A stretch of DNA of 61,756 nucleotides, the filler included, from Choristocarpus tenellus KU-1152 (taxonomy: Eukaryota > Protista > Phaeophyceae), in the NCBI GenBank assembly GCA_964200185.2. It is 11 parts of 11 records of this genome, joined end to end, with 100 filler letters (N's around TTAATTAATTAA, not from the genome) between each part and the next. Parts side by side here need not be neighbours in the genome. Positions count along the whole stretch, not along the records: positions 42,119 to 52,398 come from CAXNAD020003019.1; positions 52,499 to 61,756 come from CAXNAD020003836.1; 9 more parts are not named here. One strand, given 5' to 3'. The translations under genes and the position numbers were made by a program. This document shows, piece after piece, positions 45,628 through 57,400 of the stretch (positions within the stretch are counted from its first letter, which is position 1; each line of letters begins with the position of its first letter). The notes under the pieces are model-generated. The model saw only the letters and a program-made list of their open reading frames with translations. It was not told where the DNA came from and did not search any database.

Positions 45628-48600
45628 ATGAGCTATCTAGTTGCAGAACCTCCTGGCGAAGACAAGGAGGGTCACATAGTAACCGAGCCCACAGTCTTCT
45701 CGCTGGCACAGGGTCTTGGTGTCGATTTCGTAATACCCGTAGCTCTCCTTTTCTTGGACGGCCGAGACATCGTCCAATGCGGTGCAGCCAGTCGGTACCT
45801 TCACCATGTCGCTAGTGATGAGGAATTATGGAGGGCTACCCGCGACCGTTTGTGGGAAGGAAAGGCTTATATACCGGAACATGCACAATCACTCGCACCC
45901 AAGGCAGGGTACGTGTATTCTATTCGGGACTCAATGCGAAGCTATGTCACTCAAAAGGAGCTCACGTCCTTCTCATGGGGATTCAGATTCAAGCAACAGG
46001 CTGGCGAGGCCTGGACAAACCAAGACCCCTGGTACCGCAATGAGAAGGTAGGAATTGCCACACTCAGAAAAAGTAGTGATGAAAATCAATAGGCAATGAC
46101 GTGTTAGCCCAGTTCAATCAATGATAGCACAGCTAGATTTTCCCCATGATCATTTCCCGTCAGTGTTTGCACTTCCTCTCTCAGTTGCCCCCCCTTTGCA
46201 CCTATTCTTGGATTCATAAAATAAGCAAGTAGAAATGTTTGGTGGTTCGCTCAAATCACGGTAAACATGGCACATCAAGATTTGGAGTCACACCTCTATA
46301 TGCTCGGACGTCAAGTCTTATTGAACTCTTGTGCCTACCTGGTGCTTTTTAACGTCGACTAATGCAGACCCCTACCGTCGAGTTCCGAGAGGATCATACC
46401 GTACAGCGTCATGGAGATGTTCTACTTCAACCTATGGTGAGCATACTAATTACATTGGCAACAGCATTGTTAAAGCAGACATGAAATGCGATCGATGCCT
46501 TGGGTCCTGGGTTGTGCAGGTAATACCACCTGAAGATAAACATCACATTTCACATTGGCTAGGTTTATCAATCAAATGAAGATATGACACCTGTGATGCC
46601 TTAGTTCGAGGCACCCAACCCTGCCCCCGATTTCTTCTGGCACATGCCTCTATGCATACGTACATACGTTACATTTTCCATACTATAGTTGTCTGTAGGG
46701 ATAAGTTTAGCTAATTGTGTCATATGTACACAAGCGATCGATCAAGCACACCTAAGTTTGGTATACATAAACTCTTCAATATGCTCGCCAGCAAATGAGG
46801 CAATACACATAATACGTGCAATAACAACTTTAGGACTTTTCACATTTATTTAGCTTTTCAGAATATGTGTGTTTGCAGTGAAAATGTGTCCAAAGTAAAC
46901 TACGGCAAAGATCATGCTGGCACTATTTCATTATGGATGAGATACCCAGAGGAGAAGTGAAGCTTTGACCTCAGTATCCATAATTCTCTGTGTAATGTTT
47001 AGGCATCTGCTGCAGCTTAACCATGAGCATGAAAATTCATTTTGCAGTTCTCTCTGCCATCCAGCTTTGGAGTATATTCTTAAGCGCGGAGAATTAAACA
47101 CAGTTGCCAAGCTTCGTCACTGCACTGCCATTTGATCTTGTCATTTATATGAGTGAGTTCCCCTCTCCCCCCCTGCTCTGAATGCTCATATTGATGGCCC
47201 CGCATTGCCCTTCCCTCCCACTCCATACTGATGTGACCTCCTTGGCGTCATGCCAGACCAATGTCACCTGGCGATTTGTCTTCCAAACTGGGCCTCGCAG
47301 TGGCCCATTGGGCTCTTTCGTCAGGGTCAGGTGCGCATGGTGTTGTGTTCATGTTGTGATGGTGAGAGCTGGACCGGTCACAGTTCTGGGAGGCCCTTGC
47401 AGAGAGTGCAGTGTAAATCCCTACTTCTCTTCATTGTGCTGTTGCTAGTGTTTGATTGCACTTTTGTTTTGTCACCCTTTGTTTCACCGTCATTGTGCCA
47501 TGCCTCCGCTGCTTCCTCTCCGTTCTTGTATCTATTGGGGGGGTTTTTGCCCGATGGAAAGGCAGAGGAGATGCTTTCACTACCTGCTGCAAACTGCCAT
47601 GGTATTTTTATTATTATCCTGCCGGGATTCTTTCTCTTGGGTTTTTCCCTCTCAACGATCATAGCAGTCATGGACTTTGGGCCCTCAATGGAGGATACCT
47701 TCATCTCCCATGTTCACCTTGGACTCCCTCTTATCGCGTGGAAGGATTCGTGTATGCACACAGTCATGACTGTACTACATACATACATACATACATACAT
47801 ACATACAAGAAGAGTGACATGAGCTCCAGTCTCCGCTTCCCCTCCTCATGTCCCTCCAATTGACTCTGCCCTTGTTCATAAATATCATCCCCTCATATCG
47901 TGACTTCCAACTTGGACAGCATTGCTGGCCGAGAGGTGCCGACCTACATTGTCTCTCGCCACCCTACAAATTGGGGCTTTATCATGGAGAGTTGCTGGAC
48001 ACTTTACACGAGCTGGGAGATGCCCCCCCGGGATGGACCTGAGTGTGATGAGGCTCTGCTTGATAGCAACCTCAGAGTAACAATGGAAGATCAATGGGAC
48101 GAGGTGGGGGGCAAGGGATGTAAGGCATATTCCTGACTGTTTCTGTTTTCTGATACGTCTCTCATGTCAAATGAACTGGAGGTTTAGAGGGAAAATAAAA
48201 AGGAAAAGGATTCCTATTTGCTATCTCTTGCTTGTTCTGCTCGTCAAGAAAAAGGGTACATTTGAAGGAGCAAGGAGGGGTTGAGGGGGGGGGGGGCAAT
48301 AATATGATATGCACTGTGTAGGGTGTGTATCCGAGCTCTGAATAATGTCAATCGAAATATTACTCTTGTACCTTCAGCCTCCGAACTCTTGTTAATGCTG
48401 TACTGCCCTCTGACTTTCTTTTTGTCCTATTGTGTTGGCAGGCGATGTCCTTCAACACTGGGCTATCTTTTGTGATCTATGACATGGCTGGATTGGATAA
48501 TGACTTTGACGATATCGCTGACGCTGAAGAGGAGGTTGGTGGCGGTGTTGGAGGTATTGCCGTTGGTGGTGTTGGTAGCAATGAGGACGGACAAGGTCTG

Positions 48601-48651
48601 GGTGAGGGTGGAGAGTTGAATGGTGATGGCATTCCCATGTTAGGTATCTAA
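45628..48651 (+). CDS. F-box-like protein, complete 5-exon model (45628-46047, 46368-46436, 47257-47330, 47920-48103, 48442-48651), 318 aa
   Basis: FLDGRDIVQCGAASRYLHHVASDEELW is F-box-like; conserved-looking WGFRFKQQAGEAW..DPW and NWGFIMESCW segments; all phases compatible through to TAA. Confidence 0.8.
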
Positions 48652-50696
48652 AAGGTGGATTATGATGGCATGCTGCCTCACTCGTGATCCTTGAAATACA
48701 TTGTGTTGGAAGCTGTACTGTTTGCACATGTATGCTAGAGAGTGGTGTGAGTGCATGTGCATTTTCAGTCAAGAAGTAAGAACTTTGCTTGTCTTACTGT
48801 GTTTGGGATTGTTCTGGGGGAGGGGGTGGGAGGACTGTGGTTTTCCTCAGTGTAGGCATGTCCACGTCCACAAACTGTTTTTTCTTTTGTGGCACTGGTG
48901 ATAATGTAAAGAGAGACGGTTCTTTGGTGTTAGGGCTTGAAGGTTGTGCGGGGAGATAATCTTTCTGTACTTGCCTCTTTGTTCATCACTGACTTGTTGT
49001 CCTTTCATGACCTGGTTCTTCGGCACTACCTATTGTGGACTTGAGAGTAGTAGTTGACCATTAGGTGAGGTTATTAAGTGCAACAAGAGAATTCTGTCTA
49101 AAGAGAAGAACATGGATTATGCACCAACACTGTGGATCATTTGCTGTTAATACGTGAATGGGGTATTTTTGTAATTGTCTGGGGGCATTGTGTGTATTTG
49201 TGTTTGTGTTTGTTTGTGCCATGTACCCTATAAAAATTATCGTTGGAGTGGACTGTTGTTGATTGGATAATGTGAAATGCGATGGAGCTAGTATGAAAGC
49301 AGAGACACATGATTGTCTCAGTGGTGTGCAGTGCATCCCATGCTTATGTTCTGGAAAGAGTGAAGCTGTTTGTTTTCTCTGCGAGCCTGAGGCATGCCAG
49401 ATGCTCATGTCCACTCTGTAGTTGTACACACAGAAAAACGTTGTGATGTATTCGCAGCTGGTATTCTAAGTCCTGTTGTACTATGAGAGATCAAGGGGAT
49501 GAGGTCTGTAAGGAGATGAGTAGTTCTTAGGTGTGACTGGCTGCTCTAACTATCTGACTGTTTTCCTGTGGTTGAGTGGATGGATGGGTGCCTTGTGCCG
49601 TTTGTGACTTACGAGAAAAAAAAAAATGTGGCTGTCCATGGATCCAAATCCTGGGATGGCGGTTTGATGAAGATAGTGTTGCGTGTTTTTGTATCGATCA
49701 TTTGGGCCTTCTTGCTTTTTCAAGTGGAGTCTGCCATCAGAGTATTGTATACCCCTTCAATGTTATTATAGCATCGCTGCTTAGGAAGGAGGTCGTGATG
49801 CCCTACCTTTTCAAAGATCAGCTTTCGGTGCCTGTTCGCAAGCAACAATATTCGTTACGTACTACAGTGCTGCCATTGAGGGGACGTGTTGATCAGCAAA
49901 AGAGGAAATGAGAGCGTCTTGTGTGTGTGTGTATGTGTATGCATGTCGTTCTATTTTTTGTGCATACCTTTGTCGTAGAGTGATATGTGCTTGTATGGAG
50001 AAAGGGGCACTATGTTGTTGATGGAGAGAATGACAAAATATTTTTATGAGTACATAGAAACAGTCATCGTCACCGACAGGTAGCTTCATGTATTGATGTA
50101 ATGAGGGATACATTTGAGCATCTACAGTTTTTTTTTTTAGTTAATCTAAAATCTCAAAAGTTTTTTTTTCAAATATATGCTCGTATCTCTAGTGGTTGGC
50201 TGGGGCTTGGGACAGTCGCCAGAGCAGTACAGGTACTGCCTCGAAGTGTTTGTTTGATATCCTGGACGGTGTCAGTTGGGAATTGCCCAGTGTACCTATG
50301 TGGTTTGGCAGAGTGTAGCCATGGCATTCCAAAAAGTGCCTCATGTTGTCTTTCTTAGCAGTGGAGAATGTTGCAAACTATATTAGGGACTATAGTGGTT
50401 GGCTACGTCTCACGACTTCTCAAGCTCAACTACAGTGTTTGCATTCTGACAAGGGAGACATGGAAAGTGGGTAGGTTGACTTGTTGTGTCACAACTTCCA
50501 TGCTTCTTGGTCGACACTGTACCTGAGTTTGTTTGGAATGCAAAAAAGATGATCAATTGTAATTTTTGTTTGCTGGGTACCCATGGTGGGAGTGGGCAGC
50601 TGCATATTTCACAACACACAGCAATATTAATATTAATTTATATCGTTGATGCTTTTGAGTGATGATATAATTTGCAATACAACCATGTGTAAAATA

Positions 50697-52398
50697 CTTC
50701 CTCCGTTCAGAATTAAATGTTTTGCAAGGACCGCTCTCGCCCAGGAATGACCCACGTGATCAACCCTCTGGATTGAGACTTAGTTCTCTTATAGAGTGGG
50801 AGGCGTGCAAAGTTTGAGTCTTGGGCTATCATGACTGTGGAGGATCACCAGTGCAAAGTTGACCAAGTCGTATTTGATGAGTTTCAAAAACCTTGTGAAA
50901 CTGTCCAAGCAGGTGGTTATCGGGATGCCGAGGATGAAGGCCCCCCATCATTCGAGCAGCTCGCTCATCCGGTCGTCGTCCATTGGTCCTGATTCTTCAG
51001 CACAGAAGTCCATCCAGGGTGACTCAAACACCCTGATGAAGAACAGTGTGGTGGTGACATATCTGGAGATTAGAGGGCATGAGACTCGGATGGCTCAGGG
51101 GACGGTGGCAGCCATCACAAAGGACTTTGGAATTTTCCAAATCACTGTGTTATGACATCTGAAGGAGTGTGACAGCCAGATCGCACAGGGTGAATGCATG
51201 GACCTTGTACGACATCACAAGGGGCGATGTGGTCACCGTGTAAGTATCCTCGATGTCTGGAAATGGGCGGCCAAAGCTGGAGTCTCTCTTGCCATGTTGT
51301 GTGATATGTGCAAGCACGAGAAGGTGAAGAAGGTCAAGTGGTGGACTAAGTCAGTCCTCTCAGACGAGCAGAAAGTCAATAGGGTGAGTTTCGTCATCAG
51401 CCATACTCATAAGGAGGGGGGGGGAGTGGGTTGTAAGTGGATGATCTGTATGACTGGGTCCTTGTGGACGAGAAGTGGTTTTACCTCCTCAAAGATGGGC
51501 AAGTTGTGCACCTCCACCCCACTGAAGCACCCCCCAAATCCTCACGAGCATAGAACAAGTGTTACATTATGAAGGTGGCGTTCCTTGCAGGTGTGGCATA
51601 CCTTAGGAAGCTCTCCAACAGGGTGTGGTCCAATGGGATAATCAGGATCTGGTCAATCGTGGACACTAAGTCACTCAGCGCTCCAGCAAACACCACCCCA
51701 AGGACACCAATGTGCTTGTGCCAGCCATGGTGGATGAGGATAGGTATTAGAAGCTCGTGATGGAGGATGTTGTCATGGCCGTCAAGGCCTGCATGCCTAG
51801 ACCAGAAGGACACACAATCTTCATGCAGCAGGACTGGGCAAAGCCATACACCAAGGTGGGGATCATGGAAGCAATCAAGGAGGTGGCGGGGGGTGACATT
51901 GTCATAGAGACCCAGCCAGTCAACTCACTTGACCTCCACATCAATGAACTGAGATTATTTTATTCCATCCAGCAACTGGAGGAAGATGTGGGGGTGACCA
52001 ACACAGAGGAGCTGGTGGAGGTCTTTAGGGAGTTGTTCAATGTGTACCCCTGGGAGACATTAGAGCGCGTCTGGCAGAGCCTCTTTGCAGTCTATGGTGA
52101 AGTGCTGGGGTCGAAGGGTAACAATGTCTTCAATATTCCCTATCTTAGCAAGGAAAAGACTGACAAGGTGGGCAAGCTCCCCCGAATGCCCGGTGAATGC
52201 GGTGAAATACCGCGCTGGAATGGAGTTTTGGAGGGATTCGGGGTGGAATCATGGATAGATGTAGGCTGCCCCATTTTGCTTGAGATTTTGACGGGCAACC
52301 TCACGGTGTCCGCACAATACACCCATAACAGGGGAATCTCAAAATTGAGGAAGGCACGGGACTATGAGGATGGGTTTTTTGCGAAAACGGTCTTAAAA
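50697..52398 (+). mobile_element. Decayed plant-mariner-like transposon (transposase remnants about 51036-52190)
   Basis: Stowaway-like left end TA|CTTCCTCCGTTC; VLVDEKWFYL, KVAFLAGVA, QQDWAKPY...QPVNSLDLHINELRLF in shifting frames; right end lost at the contig edge. Confidence 0.85.
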
Positions 52399-54487
52399 NN
52401 NNNNNNNNNNNNNNNNNNNNNNNNNNNNNNNNNNNNNNNNNNTTAATTAATTAANNNNNNNNNNNNNNNNNNNNNNNNNNNNNNNNNNNNNNNNNNNNCC
52501 CCCCCTTCCCCCAGATACTTTGAGTCACATAATTTGCAAGAAAGATTCAGAGTCCACAACCACTGCAGCTAATTTACATAGGCATCTGTCAAAGTACAAG
52601 GTAGTATACTAGTGCTTCTACATCAGTCTGAAAATGTAGCCCCAAGCTCACCGGGTAGAAATCCGGATGCTGTATTTGATAGCGTCTGAAAGACTGTCCC
52701 CGGCATGGTGGTCTGAAGGGGAAGCTGGTATTGCTAAGTCTGGAGGATAGTTGGGAGGTACAGGTGGGAAGAGCAGGGGATGGTAGGAAGAAGAAAGGCT
52801 GTGTCAGATGCTCTCCTATGGTAAGGGATACACTTCTCCCTGTCATCATCCTAGTTATGGAGAACATATTGTCAAACTCAAGATACACAACTAGGGCCAC
52901 AAATACCCAAATACCATCCAATACACAGCTTATTTTTTCCCCAAGTTTGTTCATTGCTCAGCCCACTGTATATACACTTGTGTATTCTGCCAGCTTTTCC
53001 CATGAATTGGATCCTTGGAGATTTCAGATATTGAGGTATCATGCTACTATTTCAGCAGCTGTCTTGATTTATCGGTGGAATCTCAATAGTTGACGAAATA
53101 GGGTGCTTTCACAAATGACTGCTATAGCGCCTTTATTAGACCAGTTCTGAACGGGGATAGTGTTAGCCCCAGTTATAGGAAATAGTATTGTCATGAGGCG
53201 ATAAAGGTCCAATACCTATAGTAGATCATAGTTTGAGCTCCAAATGTTTTAAAGGAATTTGATGCCCACCATAACTGCACAGTTCTTAATTCCGTAAAAC
53301 CACTATTTGCGTCAACATGGAAAACATGTAAGAGGTAATCAGTGACCTTTAGCTCGGTGAGGTAAAAATGAAAATAGTAGTAGTAATAACATTAATGTAT
53401 CTATGGGGGGTAGGAGGGGTGGGTGGGTGAGTCAATGGCAAGTCAGTAGGCAAACCTAAGATTTCTTCTTTATAAAGGATGACTATATTTGGGTGGCGAA
53501 GGCTAAAGAGATGTGCGTTGGGTAGTTCCCATTCTTAAACTAGACCCATTGTATCGACCAATCAGAAGACTTCCATGCTTCTAACTTATTTATCCTTGCT
53601 CACTTGCAATATTTGTCACTGTCTACAACTCGGACACTTCCACACATTCGTGGTTTCCGATCTCGGATTTGACTGGTGAGACCTGCAAAAGGTCTGGAAT
53701 TTTTTACCTTGTGCGTCAACAAGGTAAGTTCAATCCGATATATTGACATTTCCCTACCTGATTTAATTTTTTAAACCGAAAATTCTTCCTCGCCGATATA
53801 GTATTGTAATTTTTGATAAGTAGAGTATGTATACAGAAACATCCTAATCAGAGGACAAAATTCGTATGTTCGTATCCTGATGTCCGAACTTGGTATATAG
53901 ACAATCATCACACCTGGTAGACAGAGGAAAATACAGTATATACTGTTTATATCAAGGAGTTGAAAATCGTTCCATGGATGAATTTCGTTGGATTGAATCC
54001 CGACGATGCCTATATTTTCTTACGAAGATCCGGTTTCGAGTATCCAATTTCACAACCCCAGCACAAAACGGGCTGTTTTGTACACAATCTGTACCACCCT
54101 AACTGTTGCTGCACTACACAAAACACCAGACAAAGATGAGGTAGCAAGCAACATTAAATGTGAGACCGACAAAAGATTTGAGGGGGGAAGAGGCCGAGCA
54201 ACCGTGGTAGGATTACTGAACCCTACACACCAGAACAAAGGCGGTAAGTACAATTAATTTGTTAGATGAAATAGCTAGTTAGAGTAGGTATGAAAATTAG
54301 TACAATAATGGCGACATCACTCGCCACACTAAACGTCCTGTATCACATACCTTCTACACAAAATTCCCACAGCTGCCAGTAGGTATAACTTAAGTTGAAG
54401 ACTGTACTTTCTTACCCAAACTACACACATTTGCTGCAATATTCTGACGTTAGCATAAAAATCAACCGCACATGCTTCCCTCCCAAC

Positions 54488-57400
54488 TCAGCGCCACTCT
54501 CCCCACCTGAATGTAGGCTGCTGCACCTGTTGAGTCTTTCCTTCGTTATCTGTCCAATTTCTGGTGTTCCGAGACTCCCCCACCTCAACCCACCGAGCAC
54601 CCTCAGTTCCCCCCTGCCAGCGCTGATTTGGAGGATTGTGGGCTTGAGCTGAAGTGGAAGGAGGGGGAGTAGAAGGGAAAGAATGTCTCTTTAGCTGTGT
54701 AGGTGGATCTGTAGGGGGAAACAGAGCTTTATCCAACGCAGAAGAAGTAAAGAGAGGGGGATACATAGATGAAGGTTTGCAAGTGTGGGAAGATTCAGGC
54801 CCAGCTGATCTTGGGGGCACAAAGTCTGAAGCTTGTTGGCGAGGGGGCGTAGCTCCTGTACTACCTTGGCCACTGTAAGCATTTGTTGGTTTGGATCCTC
54901 TGTGTCCCATATACTGATCAAGTTGAGGTGCGACAGCTCTAACAGCAATAGTAGAACCACTGCACTCAGCAGATGGTACAGGCTGCTGCATCATGCCCTC
55001 ATTGATAACCTGCAGATGAATGCTGCGCCCCCTCTGGTTATCACACAAGAGGCAGAGAGGAGAAGGGAAACACATTTTTAGCCAGGGGTCATACACCAGG
55101 TCCTGGAGTGGACAAAGGATGTGCAGAAAGATGAAGGTGGGGTGGCTGGTCAGAAAAGTCAATTAGAAAGGAGAGAAACATGGGGAAGAGCAACATGCAA
55201 GCATATTTTAGTAACAGCTAAGGATATAGAGCATGGGGCAGGGATTAACTAGTACTCCGGTGAGGCGACACTCTGGAGGGTCCAATATTCTATGGCATTG
55301 CTGAAGTAATGCACACTCCCGTAGTATCAATAAACACTAATCCAAGGAAATTGCCTGGTGTTTCACCTGCCAAACTGTCCAGGGTTGAATCCAATATTTG
55401 AGATTCAGTAACACAGAAGGGGTATCTTAAGCAACTAATCTATGATTTATTGATAGTCCCATAAATGGGGCTCAAGTGGTTGCTGCTTGACATATAGGTG
55501 GGCGCAGCAACCCTAACATGCTATTCACATGGCAAGGCAACTCTAGATGAGTTCTGCATTCCTTCCATAACAACACAAATGGAGTATCAGTGGACAAGGT
55601 TCCTCTCTCTGTCTACAGCATGTATCCCTTCCCACCAAATCCCATTTCAGTCTCCTGTAACCCCTTGGTGCTATCCATCTAATCCTATCCCTTACCTCTC
55701 TTGCAAGCTACATCACGTACATACAACATCATACAACAAGGAGGGACAAAACACAATACTACTGCATTTATGGCACATACCCTTCTGATCCCTGGGTTCC
55801 CATCCTTGGTCTTGCTCCGTTGCTTCTGAGAAAGGTGTGTTCTAGCTTCTGTCTTTTTCTGGAGCTGATCTAGACCAGGGTGAAACTCTCTCGTTCCCAG
55901 CTCCTTAGAGTGGAGGCTGTTGTTTCGCTTATCACACCCCTCGTCAGTATATCCAACCAAATCTGGAAAGCCAAAAATCAACTGGGCCATGTCATGACGC
56001 TCAAGCTTCAAAATCTTGCACAGGTCTACATTGGGGGCACTCTTGTCTTGTTCATCGTCATCACTGCTGGCACATGGATATAAAAATGGGGTTGGGGTTT
56101 GTGTGGGGGAGTGAAACAGGAATGTGATGTACAATGGTATAATGGGCAAAGGAGCTAGTGGGATGCAGGACATGGTCGGATTGTGTCCATGTCTAATAAT
56201 CCATGTTCGGAACAGTGTGACTCTTGTTGTTATGGACGCACCTGGTAACCAATATATCAAGTTCGTCTAGGTCTCCTGGTCCGTTAGGGTCCCTCAGGCG
56301 AGTGTTGAGCAACTGAAAAGAGTAGAAAATACAGAGGGGTAGAAGGACAGAATTTAAGGAAGATGACTTCCTCACCGACAAGGTATCACCTGGCAGGATG
56401 GCACTGCAGAGGTAGAAGTGTGGTATACCAAGCCAAATTTTCATGATTTGCAGAGTCCTTGTCTTTCTATTTCAGGATAAATTTCTTTACAAAATAGAAC
56501 AGGATGACTAAACGTAGAAGCTTTTACCATGTACGTTATACAGAACATTCAACGTTACTTATGTCAGCTAACTTTAATGGGGTGGAAAATTGGGAGCATA
56601 CATGTGCCAGAAATGTAGAATACCTTGGTTTCAAATTCAAATATCAAAGGGTACTAGGTGGGAGTTCCTGCTGTAGTTTCACTTGGGTCATGGTAAACAA
56701 CTAAATTGGGATGGAGTGTTAACTCCTTGAGGATAAGATTGCTTGTTAATGGGCAGTAGCAGTTTTAAGTTGTGTTCCCCTCTGTACTGTGCATTTTCAT
56801 CTCTAACCTTGTACTTCCCACACCAGGAATGCAAAAAGAAACAATTGCGTTAATTCAAGTTCATCAAAGCAAGGTTCTGTCGGCAGAGAGTCTGCAGACA
56901 GTGAGAGCTGAAACGAAACGTTAATTCATACAAGGTCTTGACGCATGGTCGATGACCTTGACCACTATTTTCACTGAGCAGACCGATCCAGATGTTGATA
57001 TAATAGCCACACAGACAAATCAGAGTGGCATCTCTCATCCTGACGGTGAGGCATATGTTATTGATTAAAGCCCCACAAATACTAGAGATGCAACTGTGAC
57101 TTTGAATTCCACCCCAACAAATCGAACCAATAGAGTAGATGCAGGGGTGATGACACACTCACCCTTCCCAACAATCTAGCTCCACATCAACGTAAAGTGC
57201 TGAACATAACCTCACCTTTCATCAAAACCTCTTATTGTACAAAAAGCTCACTGCTTGTTCCAAAAGAGTGCTACAAAATGACTTAACATACTGTACTCCC
57301 TCTGTCCCACAAGCCTGCGATGTTAAGGGTGCAACTTCTCAAGATGACCTCTGATGAAAAACGTTTTCTTATGTTGGATTCCTTGATGTTCTTTTCATCT

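Larger units (their letters stand above)
6650..52498. other. Ten artificial 100-bp contig spacers (N44-TTAATTAATTAA-N44) at 6650-6749, 13706-13805, 16492-16591, 22061-22160, 27629-27728, 31289-31388, 34956-35055, 38079-38178, 42019-42118, 52399-52498
   Basis: All ten have identical length and an identical six-frame-stop core; the sequence on either side is unrelated. Confidence 0.98.

Noticed and set aside
54062-54243. Plus-strand exon convergent with RWP-RK
   Set aside because: Plausible splice sites exist on both strands, but there is no homology or phase-linked partner exon; cannot be supported.
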